64,000 nucleotides of DNA, from the sequence record PZ452611.1, one strand, 5' to 3'. The position numbers and the translations under genes are program-made. Of the stretch, positions 55,344 to 63,960 are shown piece by piece. The notes beneath the pieces were generated by a model. That model searched no databases, was not told the DNA's origin, and was given only the letters and a program-made list of their open reading frames with translations. Origin of the DNA: a phage. Position 1 is the first letter of the stretch, and every line of letters begins with the position of its first letter.

Positions 55344-55478
55344 ATGAAAAAGATAATCATCACCTTGGGGATTGTGGTGGCAATATTGGCGCTCTTCCCC
55401 CTTATGGTTAGGTATGTGCTGATCAGTGTTATTCTAGTGGTCAGCGATCTGGTGTTATATATTAACTCATTGTTTTAG
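55344..55478 (+). CDS. small hydrophobic peptide (44 aa)
   Basis: ATG directly after stop of upstream gene; MKKIIITLGIVVAILALFPLMVRYVLISVILVVSDLVLYINSLF; coordinates approximate. Confidence 0.3.
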   Translation: MKKIIITLGIVVAILALFPLMVRYVLISVILVVSDLVLYINSLF

Positions 55479-55486
55479 GTGCGATA

Positions 55487-55678
55487 ATGACCACTGATGA
55501 AGCTGTAAAAGTGTTGGCGGTATTGAGATATCATAATCAAACAAAGGTTATAAACGATCCTGATTATGTTGACTCAAAGCGTGAAGATGAGACATTGACC
55601 GCAATATGGATTATTCAAGAATTGCTAAAGCGCATGACAGAGAAAAACCGACCGGACTACATAGGCGAAAAAATATAA
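55487..55678 (+). CDS. hypothetical protein
   Basis: 63-aa ORF. Confidence 0.45.
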   Translation: MTTDEAVKVLAVLRYHNQTKVINDPDYVDSKREDETLTAIWIIQELLKRMTEKNRPDYIGEKI

Positions 55679-55694
55679 TATTTATAAACTACAA

Positions 55695-55726
55695 AACAGG
55701 GCTTGCAATGGTCCTGTTTTTTGTTA
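55695..55726 (+). terminator. putative intrinsic terminator
   Basis: AACAGG...CCTGTT hairpin followed by TTTTTTGTT. Confidence 0.45.
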
Positions 55727-55805
55727 TACTTATTCCACGGCAGGCACCTGGCGACGGGGGGAGACAATCACCGGGGGGTGCCTGTCATATAAGAACTATA
55801 AAAAC

Positions 55806-55834
55806 CGTTGACATCTGCCAGGGGGTGGGGTAAC
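55806..55834 (+). promoter_or_regulatory. sigma70-like promoter
   Basis: TTGACA - 17 nt - TAACAT followed by hairpin GGGCA-aaag-TGCCC. Confidence 0.45.
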
Positions 55835-55890
55835 ATTTATCTTGAAGGGGCAAAAGTGCCCACACAACAACCAGAAGAGAGGAAAACATT

Positions 55891-56163
55891 ATGTCAAGCT
55901 GGATTAATCAAGAAGTCGAATCACGTTTTAATGCTATTTGGGATCTCATCGAAAAAGAGGACGGAACATCAAGCCCTTACCTCAATAATCTTGAATTCCA
56001 TTTTGTGGAAGCGATGAACGCAGAACATGATCACGAAGGTGGTGCGGACGAGTTCGCTAAAAGGTATGGCTTCAACAATGCCAACGAAATGATCGAGGCG
56101 GTTGTACTCCAGGCTGAGGAAGATTATCAATTAAAAACGCTTGAATTCTGCCGCCGCAAGTAA
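55891..56163 (+). CDS. hypothetical acidic protein
   Basis: 90-aa ORF, conserved UTR context. Confidence 0.5.
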   Translation: MSSWINQEVESRFNAIWDLIEKEDGTSSPYLNNLEFHFVEAMNAEHDHEGGADEFAKRYGFNNANEMIEAVVLQAEEDYQLKTLEFCRRK

Positions 56164-56223
56164 TAAGATAATGACACGGGCCAAAAGGCCCACTAATCAG
56201 AACCACACAAAGAGAGAAAGAAA

Positions 56224-56442
56224 ATGACAACCCGTAAAATTAAAGTTGTTTGCATTGAATCTACTGGGGGCGCTTTTGTAGTTGGTCAGGAATATAATGC
56301 GGTTTTAATGGGTACGGATTGGAAGGTTAAAGGCCTTAATGGTTACGAGTACGGCACTACTTGCGGCTTGCGTGGTCGAATCGGATACGTGAGTTTAGAC
56401 AATAAAGAAAAATTTGTTTTCGACACCCTTGTGAGTAAATAG
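56224..56442 (+). CDS. hypothetical protein
   Basis: 72-aa ORF preceded by hairpin GGGCC-aaaa-GGCCC and agagagaaagaaaATG. Confidence 0.5.
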   Translation: MTTRKIKVVCIESTGGAFVVGQEYNAVLMGTDWKVKGLNGYEYGTTCGLRGRIGYVSLDNKEKFVFDTLVSK

Positions 56443-56519
56443 CATGAATTGCTAAAGACTGATCTGCGAACTGCTGTATTATCAACTAATCAAAACGAAC
56501 CACATAAAGAGGAAACATC

Positions 56520-56783
56520 ATGAAACGTCTGGATCAGCTTAAATTAGTTCAGTACATGGCCTACAGAATTCTTGAAGTCCAAAAAGGTAGCAAAAAAGAG
56601 GTTTGCGAGAAAGCTTATAAGATCTTTACCCGCAAAAAAGATGACTGGATGCTACGCCAGACCAAAAAGGCTGACATCTTGGGGTACCTGGAAGAAGAGA
56701 TCCGACTTGAAGAGCAAGAAGAGATCCGCCGCAGTGAGGCAGATTATCAGGCAGCTTGGGAAAACTGGATGAGTAACAAATAA
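56520..56783 (+). CDS. hypothetical protein
   Basis: 87-aa ORF, conserved UTR context aaagaggaaacatcATG. Confidence 0.5.
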   Translation: MKRLDQLKLVQYMAYRILEVQKGSKKEVCEKAYKIFTRKKDDWMLRQTKKADILGYLEEEIRLEEQEEIRRSEADYQAAWENWMSNK

Positions 56784-56852
56784 TACAACAAGTTGCACGA
56801 TCAGGGGGGCAATAAAGCCCCTTGATCACATAAAAATTATGCTATCCTTGGT

Positions 56853-56881
56853 TGACAAGGATCGGCAGTTTTGCTATATTC
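56853..56881 (+). promoter_or_regulatory. sigma70-like promoter
   Basis: TTGACA - 17 nt - TATATT upstream of ORF 56930. Confidence 0.5.
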
Positions 56882-56929
56882 TTTTTTGAAGGGAAGTTGT
56901 AAGAAAATTAACTAAGAGGTAAAAACACC

Positions 56930-57349
56930 ATGAACATTAAATCTAATAATCCGGCATATAGCTTTGATAACGCTTTTTGTCACGGTCCGGCGGCGAAAGG
57001 ATTCGAAATCGATGGTAAACTAATTATTGTCAATGTTGACGGGGAAGAGGTTGCAGTATATCCGGTGGCAGACGTTAAAAGCCGTTTGCAATGCCGCATG
57101 GATGTTACCGCCTACCAGCTTGATCCGGTCCGCATAGTTGCCCTGGTCCTGGAGGAAGAGATCAAAGCCATGCATCATAGCAATAAGTTTATCGGTGACG
57201 CGCAAGATAATATGAAGGTATGCCGCTATAAAGTTAATGAAGTGCTTAAAGAATACGGCTTCAAAGATCTGATGATCAAGCGTGATGAAAAATTCCGTTA
57301 TCGTAACGACCTGGCAAATCGAATCTATGAAATATACGAATCATTATAA
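56930..57349 (+). CDS. hypothetical protein
   Basis: 139-aa ORF, RBS aagagg. Confidence 0.5.
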   Translation: MNIKSNNPAYSFDNAFCHGPAAKGFEIDGKLIIVNVDGEEVAVYPVADVKSRLQCRMDVTAYQLDPVRIVALVLEEEIKAMHHSNKFIGDAQDNMKVCRYKVNEVLKEYGFKDLMIKRDEKFRYRNDLANRIYEIYESL

Positions 57350-57367
57350 TTTCTTAACTAAACTATC

Positions 57368-57396
57368 AGGGGCTTTAAAAGGCCCCTTTCTTTTGT
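57368..57396 (+). terminator. putative intrinsic terminator ending the early-type cluster
   Basis: AGGGGC-tttaaaa-GGCCCCT hairpin followed by TTCTTTTG. Confidence 0.6.
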
Positions 57397-58329
57397 CTGT
57401 ATTTCTCCTACCACAAACGGCCCAGCCTGGCAAGTGGAATAATTGACTAGCCAGCAATTACCAACACTGTACAAATATACATATAAAATAACTATTGCAT
57501 AATCTTTCATCTTGTGGTAGCAGGGCCATTTTTACACGTTTTCCTTCCAAAATTGCACGTAATGCAGCTATTGCATAAAATTTAACCTGATGCACATCTT
57601 CAATAGCTTGTCAACAACTAAAAATCTTTATAAGTCATACACTTACATAACCACAAAAGCGTGTTCTACGTGAAAAATCGAGTATAACTATAGCCGCCAG
57701 ATCTCAGAATTTACGTACGCTCACCATTCTATAGTCTGCTAAGTATTTATTCCAACCATAGAATAACAGAATAGTCAATACCTGCATAAAATAATTATTC
57801 GTGTAAACTGCATAACATAAATCAGCCGGGGTGTCAACATTTTTCGTAAACGGCTCGAAATTATCACTGTGAGCTATCATAAACAGAGAAATCTTTAGTC
57901 GTCTAATGTTTACTGTACGTTACTATACTAACTGGAATCATTAGATGACTAATAAAAAGATAAGAAATCATTAACAATGCAATTGTTTTATTCATAACAA
58001 TAAGGCAACTATGCAAACGAATGGCATGGCGCGACGGAGTCGCGACATAATATAAAAGCAGTAACCATCACCCCCGTGATAGTTTGTCTGCAAACTATTA
58101 ATCAGATCATAGTTGCCTTGTATTTAGTTAATCATGACATAAACTCAGGCATAGCCTTCGTCTCGAGGATGTTAACAAGCAAGGCAACTATAGATCTTCT
58201 AATAGTTGCCCTGCTTTTATATTATGTCATAGAAACACCCGAAGGGGTGACCAAAGGTCACCTGGCATAGCCAGTGAAATATTGTAAACAAGTTAATTAT
58301 TATCATGCAAACGAATGGCATGGCTTATC

Positions 58330-58500
58330 ATCTCTGTGTAAATAGTTTGTTTGTAAACAGTTTATACGTGAACAGTTAGCTGTGTAAACTATCAGGCATG
58401 TAAGCTATTGAGCATGTAAACAGTAAAGGTCGTGAACAGTAAGCGAGCGAATAGTAATGGCGTGAACAATGACAGCGTAAACAGTCAGGCATGTCAATTA
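58330..58500. repeat. iteron-like array (about 11 direct repeats, period ~15-16 bp)
   Basis: GT(A/G)AAC(A/T)(G/A)T cores (gtgtaaatagt, ttgtaaacagt, cgtgaacagt, gtgtaaactat, atgtaagctat, atgtaaacagt, cgtgaacagt, gcgaatagt, cgtgaacaat, gcgtaaacagt, atgtcaatta) at regular ~15-16 bp spacing in a non-coding stretch. Confidence 0.65.
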
Positions 58501-59953
58501 TGTTCAGTGTGTCACCATTATGTCATATTGTGTCAGACAAGTTTTTCTCCTCTTTGTCAAGTGCTGCATGAAAAATTTACAATCTGGTATGGTAGCATTT
58601 TTGCGGCCCTGTTTACATTCAGTACTGTATGTATAAGCCTTGTTGTGTGGGCGCTTAGACGTCTAGACGGTTGGAAGTCTGCAGGTCAATATCTAATCTA
58701 TTGGTTGCTAACTATATCCCACACAAATAGTAAGAAATGCAATTGTTATATGCGTAAACTGTAACTCATGTTATCAATCCCTGTATGGATCGCCAGTGGT
58801 GCGCATAATAGGTATTATGTTAAATTGCCAGTAATGATAACTATTCTCACAGTGATAGGTATTCTCATTCAACCCCACAAGATAGGTTGCAAATGTTGTG
58901 CCACTGTGTGAACGGCCTCGCCTATTAATTTGCCTCACTGCCTCGATATTTGAGAATTATTATAAGAATGAGAAGTATTCCCATTTCGTCCGCCTGGCAG
59001 CACTCCTGTAGGTCAGGTCAAAATCGGGAGAGAACTGGACCTGTTCAGATATTTCTGGCTGGCTCTTCAGGTCTGTGTGGGAAAAGCCGACCCCTCCGGC
59101 GGCGGGGAGGGGGTCAATTAAAAAATTTACGGGGCATATGAAGCGCTCTTCAGGTAAGGCATGTATTATGGGATGAAACCCTCTTCAGGAAATGATATTT
59201 GTGGGTGTGATATTTGCTGGAAAGCTAGATATGACTGGACTCCTGGCGGGGCAGGGGTAGTACAGACAGGGGAAATATGGGGGATGTAGTTGGGTAAATT
59301 GATCAGGCAGGTAGAGTATGGAATATGTTACGAGTATGTTAAATATGGAGGGTGAATATCTGCAGGATTTGTGTGTAAAATCAAAGACTTAAGTGGTGTT
59401 GTGGTATTTTCTATAAATAATTCAAGTTTAATAGGTGATATTTGTCCCTATCCACTTTGTGTGGTAAACAGATTCAGATGAGATTGGTTTACGAGTGTAT
59501 ACATAATATACAAATTAAAGATACAAGAAACCCCCCTCCCCCTTCGGCTACCATTCACCTTTTCCTCTGACTGGTACTTAAACACTTATTCAGACTCTTC
59601 AGGTTATCACCCATATATCATATGGCAGTGACTGGTGTCCTCCGGCCCCTCTTTCGTCACCCGTCCGCTTCGCCATGCTAATGCCATAGCCAATGGTTCG
59701 GTTGTTCACCCTGTTCACTCAGGTGTATCTCCATACCCCTTCAAACCGAAGAGAACAGAAAACCCGAATTACTCGGTAAAAGAAAAGAGAAGAACTTAAT
59801 TTTATCAGGATAAGCAAGAATGTCAAGGCATGACTGCTCACTAAACAAGCAAACAGTCATGTGTGGGAGGTAAGTGATTGTGGTGGTAGGAAATTTAGTT
59901 GAAAGATGTGTTATAGGTGCTCCCAGCACTTTAGCCGGGTAGCTAATTGTGTG

Positions 59954-60169
59954 TCAGTCCAGCGGTTCATCCTCTACTTCACTGAAATCAATGTTCATGG
60001 TCTCTTCCCAACCATCGATCTCAGCACAAGAGTGAAGTTCTTTAGGGTTTACTCCCAAAGCCTCAGCAACAGAGTCTATATTTAACACCTCTGGCAGGTA
60101 TGATTCATCGAATTCAAGGTAAATCAGGCCACGAGTGTTGTCAGCCCCACCAAATATTTCTATCTTCAT
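59954..60169 (-). CDS. hypothetical acidic protein
   Basis: ORF 59954-60235; internal ATG (M23) preceded by agaggag chosen as start. Confidence 0.4.
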   Translation of the reverse strand: MKIEIFGGADNTRGLIYLEFDESYLPEVLNIDSVAEALGVNPKELHSCAEIDGWEETMNIDFSEVEDEPLD

Positions 60170-60289
60170 GAAATCTCCTCTGGAAATGAGAGTGTGAACA
60201 GGGTTTATACGTTCCAATGCACTGGAATTATGCACGTTTGCCTCTTCAGGCCATGCTTTAGCATGAGGAACCTGTGTGGGCTCGGTGCT

Positions 60290-60595
60290 TCATAGTCTAC
60301 CACCCCTGAACTCTTCGTGCTCAGGCATAATAGAGAACCAGATATCTACGATGTCCTCCCACGTCAGGTCATCAGCCTCAGGATCTATCTGGAGCGAAGA
60401 TGGAGAATCTTCAGAATCGAAGTTTTCCTCTTTCGCTGGCTCAGCCAAGGGACATATAGTCACTCCTTTGGATGTCTCTTCAGATGCATGTGTGTTTATC
60501 ATGTTCCACCCGTGAGTATTCCTGCAACAGCTGCTATGGACGTAATGATCATCAGGATCACCACCAAAACTTCGGACAATGTTTTCATTGTGCAC
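60290..60595 (-). CDS. hypothetical acidic protein
   Basis: 101-aa ORF on - strand, GTG start with poorly spaced RBS; uncertain. Confidence 0.3.
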   Translation of the reverse strand: MHNENIVRSFGGDPDDHYVHSSCCRNTHGWNMINTHASEETSKGVTICPLAEPAKEENFDSEDSPSSLQIDPEADDLTWEDIVDIWFSIMPEHEEFRGGRL

Positions 60596-60862
60596 TCCAT
60601 ATTCTCTAGACTATGTGTTGATACTATCACTGGAGCGGTAATGTGTCAACAGAAACGCCGCGAGGGTTTGGTTAAAATCCGAGCGTATGGTGATTTGGGT
60701 CAAAACGGACGTGCGTTCTCGCTACGCTCGAAAGAGAGATTTGTTTGTAGACCGTCCTTAAACGCTCTGTAACGAGATTATCTGTCCAAGGTATGCAATC
60801 GTGCACCAGATAAAGAAAAGGACGCCACAGAGCGTCCTAGGTGTCTTAAATTTGATATTTTG

Positions 60863-61174
60863 CTATACCCATGAGGGTTTATCAAGGTTGGAGTAGCTGA
60901 AAGGTGTCAAAAGGTGATTGTCAAAATCTCTCAAACTATCCAGATCTTTTTCCTCGTCCTGGCACCATCTGTGCCTACATTTATTGTTGTAGTGCATAGA
61001 ATGCATAGCGTTCTGCAACTTAACAGGTACAAGTGATTCAGGAGTAGATAGTATTGTTGGGTATGCCAGAACCACCTCAAACAGTGGAAACACATCGAAA
61101 CTAAAGTCTACCTCTGCAGAGGTTGATGGCATATAGGAGTATTTAGCCGCCTTTGTAGACATAATCCACCTCAC
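60863..61174 (-). CDS. hypothetical protein
   Basis: 103-aa ORF with ATGA overlap to upstream gene. Confidence 0.45.
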   Translation of the reverse strand: MRWIMSTKAAKYSYMPSTSAEVDFSFDVFPLFEVVLAYPTILSTPESLVPVKLQNAMHSMHYNNKCRHRWCQDEEKDLDSLRDFDNHLLTPFSYSNLDKPSWV

Positions 61175-61503
61175 ACAGGTTTGATAATACCTTTACCGAA
61201 TAACTCTTCGTATCTAATCCTATCCGGATCCCACTCCTGGATAATTTCGAAGACAATATCCAACCCTGGGATGATCACTTCTCCAGTGTCAAGCTTAGCA
61301 AGAACAAAACCGGAAGGTTGAATGGTTTCCCAGTTACGGCGATCAGAGTAGAGTACTTCGAAAATATCACCAACCTCAACCCGTTTCTGTTGCTCAAGAT
61401 GCTCCAGGTTCTCTTTCATGCGGATGCAGCGGATTTTTCGTGCAGGCCATAGACCGCCTGCATCACGTTCATTTAGCTCTTTTACAGTAATCGGTATACC
61501 CAT
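61171..61503 (-). CDS. hypothetical protein
   Basis: 110-aa ORF, RBS ggagat upstream on - strand. Confidence 0.5.
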   Translation of the reverse strand: MGIPITVKELNERDAGGLWPARKIRCIRMKENLEHLEQQKRVEVGDIFEVLYSDRRNWETIQPSGFVLAKLDTGEVIIPGLDIVFEIIQEWDPDRIRYEELFGKGIIKPV

Positions 61504-61519
61504 CCCAAATCTCCTTCAT

Positions 61520-61552
61520 AGATAGTAAAAAGAGGGGCCCAAGCCCCCCTCT
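61520..61552 (-). terminator. putative intrinsic terminator / attenuator (minus strand)
   Basis: on - strand AGAGGGG...CCCCTCT hairpin followed by TTTTTACT, between ORFs 61559-61864 and 61171-61503. Confidence 0.45.
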
Positions 61553-61558
61553 TTGTCA

Positions 61559-61864
61559 TTATTCTACAGAGCGTTTGAACAGAATGTCTGCCTCGGACAT
61601 GTGCTCAACCTCTTCTTCGATTTTAGCTCGACGTTTTTCAGCCTCATAGCGAATATCGAACTCAGTAGCCACCAGAGATTTGATGAATTTAGGAGAATAC
61701 AGATGATCCTGCTTCTCAACGAGAATGATATCCTTAATGGCATCTTTCAGATCTTTAATCTGAAGTTGGAGTTCCACCAGTTCTTCGATTGTTTTGCGAA
61801 GGCGATCACGCTCTGCAGTGTCAGAAGGAAGAGAGGTGAACAGTTCAACTTTAGATTTAGCCAT
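61559..61864 (-). CDS. hypothetical coiled-coil protein
   Basis: 101-aa ORF, RBS taaggag upstream on - strand. Confidence 0.5.
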   Translation of the reverse strand: MAKSKVELFTSLPSDTAERDRLRKTIEELVELQLQIKDLKDAIKDIILVEKQDHLYSPKFIKSLVATEFDIRYEAEKRRAKIEEEVEHMSEADILFKRSVE

Positions 61865-61892
61865 AGTAAGAGTCTCCTTATGTTGTTTTAAA

Positions 61893-62144
61893 TTAACGTT
61901 CTACAAAAATACCGTTCAGTTCAATAACCAGGAATTTCTGGTCTTCACTATCGTCTCGTGCCAGCACCTCACAGACGTATCGGTCATCTCCATCATCATC
62001 GCAGTCAAATACAAGACTGAGAACTTTATCATGATAAACCTTCGCCACTACCGCCTCGTAAGTATTGCCGATTGTGAATCCAAGATAATCTCCAATGCAT
62101 TTGACAACAACATGATCGCCAGCATTCAAGTCAATCTTCGTCAT
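61893..62144 (-). CDS. hypothetical acidic protein
   Basis: ORF 61893-62210; internal ATG (M23) preceded by aaggag chosen as start. Confidence 0.45.
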   Translation of the reverse strand: MTKIDLNAGDHVVVKCIGDYLGFTIGNTYEAVVAKVYHDKVLSLVFDCDDDGDDRYVCEVLARDDSEDQKFLVIELNGIFVER

Positions 62145-62299
62145 TACTGCGCTCCTTGGGTAATAATATTGTATGTAAAACTTTAACCAGAGATGTGAAT
62201 AACGCCCCAAAACACACCGATAGCGCTAAAACAGACAAGGCCATCATTAAAGCTTCAGTAAAATCAGTCACTCCTCACCTCTTGTTAGTCACTATACTG

Positions 62300-62563
62300 T
62301 CATTTATCCTTGCCGTCAAGAACTTTTTTAAATCTTTCAGGGATATCGCCTGTTCTTAGATAGCTCATGACCTCACAAGGTTCCCACTTGAATTTCTTAC
62401 AAAGCAGGGCGGCTGAGATTGTTTCATTGCGAAAAGAAAGGATATTAATATCCCATTCTGAGAACCCCAACTTCCGAAGGGTAGCTACAGAAATCCTCAC
62501 CGCAACCCAGCAGCAAAAACATGCAACAAACGCCACTGCTATAACCCACATCAGGATGTTCAT
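62300..62563 (-). CDS. membrane protein
   Basis: 87-aa ORF; N-terminal TM helix ILMWVIAVAFVACFCCWVAV; RBS aaggtg. Confidence 0.5.
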   Translation of the reverse strand: MNILMWVIAVAFVACFCCWVAVRISVATLRKLGFSEWDINILSFRNETISAALLCKKFKWEPCEVMSYLRTGDIPERFKKVLDGKDK

Positions 62564-62652
62564 ATAAGCACCTTACTGAAATACAAGACACAGTGTTAAG
62601 GTTACTGACCAGCAAATAATTAATAGTGCCGTTGCAACCTTGGCAAGATTTA

Positions 62653-62940
62653 TCATAGTGCCTCTAAGATTTCATATCCTTCTGGTCGGAATACAAGCCA
62701 CTCCGTGGCTCCGTTTGGTCGATACGCTTTATACAGAACAACCTGATCTCGGCACATGCACATGGCTACATAGTTTTCATCCACACCTGCAGCCTGCATT
62801 GCATCTTCTTCTCCGGCAACTGCTTTGCTTACAACTTCCTTGGTAGGCAGGTGTGCGATCAGCTCGTCACCATCATTAATTCCAAAATGGCGGAGTTCTC
62901 CATTGGTATCTTTAATCTTAATCTTAACCAGATCTTTCAT
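62653..62940 (-). CDS. hypothetical protein
   Basis: 95-aa ORF, RBS ggagga. Confidence 0.5.
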   Translation of the reverse strand: MKDLVKIKIKDTNGELRHFGINDGDELIAHLPTKEVVSKAVAGEEDAMQAAGVDENYVAMCMCRDQVVLYKAYRPNGATEWLVFRPEGYEILEAL

Positions 62941-63269
62941 TAGTCTTCCTCCAGGTTCAAAGGCCCTAAGATTTCATATGCCAGATTAGAAGTTACCAGA
63001 GGGTCTTCTGCATCTTTAGTATTATACCACCCGTGGATAACTAGAGCTCCACCACGCTGCATGTCAAACTGGAACTGTTTTGCCATGTACTCATCAATCT
63101 CTAGGATTTCCATGAGGTATTTAATGTTTGGAAGATACGCAGTCACTACAGTTCCTTCCACCAATCCTTCAGGCCAACCCACGTCCGGATGACAATCTGG
63201 AACTAGAGTGGTCAGCTTAATGGTGTACGCTTTTTCTGCACGAGCCTTCAGTAACGGGTCAATCTTCAT
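62940..63269 (-). CDS. hypothetical protein
   Basis: 109-aa ORF, RBS gaggagg, ATGA overlap. Confidence 0.5.
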   Translation of the reverse strand: MKIDPLLKARAEKAYTIKLTTLVPDCHPDVGWPEGLVEGTVVTAYLPNIKYLMEILEIDEYMAKQFQFDMQRGGALVIHGWYNTKDAEDPLVTSNLAYEILGPLNLEED

Positions 63270-63619
63270 TATTCGTCCTCCTCTTCGGTGCCTGCTTCCA
63301 GTAATAAGTTAAGAATATCTTCTGCACAAGGCTCATAGAACTCTTGACCTTCATTATCGATGATTTTGTAGTCATCCCCGCGAATAATCAGAGGATCACT
63401 CTCAAAATTATCGAGACCTTTAACAACGACAACACGATCGATTGCCATCATTGTAAGAACTTTATCGACATCTTCCTCTGCTACACCATACTGCAGTAGA
63501 ATGTCTTTGGTAGGAGGAACAGCATCTACCACAACACCGTTACCAAAACCTTCCGGCAAGTTAGCTAAAATATCTTCCGGAACCACACTAACATCAAAAC
63601 CAGTAATTTCTACTTTCAT
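63269..63619 (-). CDS. hypothetical acidic protein
   Basis: 116-aa ORF, RBS gaagagg, ATGA overlap. Confidence 0.5.
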   Translation of the reverse strand: MKVEITGFDVSVVPEDILANLPEGFGNGVVVDAVPPTKDILLQYGVAEEDVDKVLTMMAIDRVVVVKGLDNFESDPLIIRGDDYKIIDNEGQEFYEPCAEDILNLLLEAGTEEEDE

Positions 63620-63880
63620 TTACAGCACCTCTTCGTCAACTACTTCATAAAAATGGCCTGGGATTGCAATAGCGTTCTCACCTTCACCTACAAACACAGT
63701 TCCGTCAAGAATCAACATCATAAGAATTTCTGGAATATCCTCTTCCGGAACGTTGCCAAAACCTTTAATCAGTGTGTAGGTTGGAAGATTTACCTCTAAG
63801 ATGTCACCATCTTTAGAGCGGAAATCAACACCATCCTGAATCTCTGCCATTTCAAGGTTTTTCAGTTTAATCTTCATCAA
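63620..63880 (-). CDS. hypothetical protein
   Basis: 86-aa ORF, RBS gggagac upstream on - strand; first gene of a leftward operon. Confidence 0.5.
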   Translation of the reverse strand: MMKIKLKNLEMAEIQDGVDFRSKDGDILEVNLPTYTLIKGFGNVPEEDIPEILMMLILDGTVFVGEGENAIAIPGHFYEVVDEEVL

Positions 63881-63924
63881 TCAGTCTCCCGTCTTGTTAA
63901 GATGAAGGTATTATTTCACACAGG

Positions 63925-63960
63925 GTTGGTGTTGTCAACACCTGTGTGCAAGAAAATTAC
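63925..63960 (-). promoter_or_regulatory. putative promoter with overlapping palindromic operator (minus strand)
   Basis: on - strand TTGACA - 17 nt - AATAAT upstream of ORF 63620-63880; -35 hexamer sits at the centre of palindrome GGTGTTG-T-CAACACC flanked by CACAGG/CCTGTG. Confidence 0.4.

Noticed and set aside
57400-59950. ORFs 58076-58270, 58432-58764, 58950-59141 (+) and 59741-59929 (-) in the large non-coding region
   Set aside because: No RBS, low-complexity or Arg/Cys-rich translations, and they overlap the iteron and inverted-repeat arrays; more likely non-coding DNA.
46304-59950. tRNA genes in the non-coding regions
   Set aside because: No cloverleaf-compatible sequence with a GTTCxAxxC T-loop and matching acceptor stem was found by eye; a tRNAscan run would be decisive.
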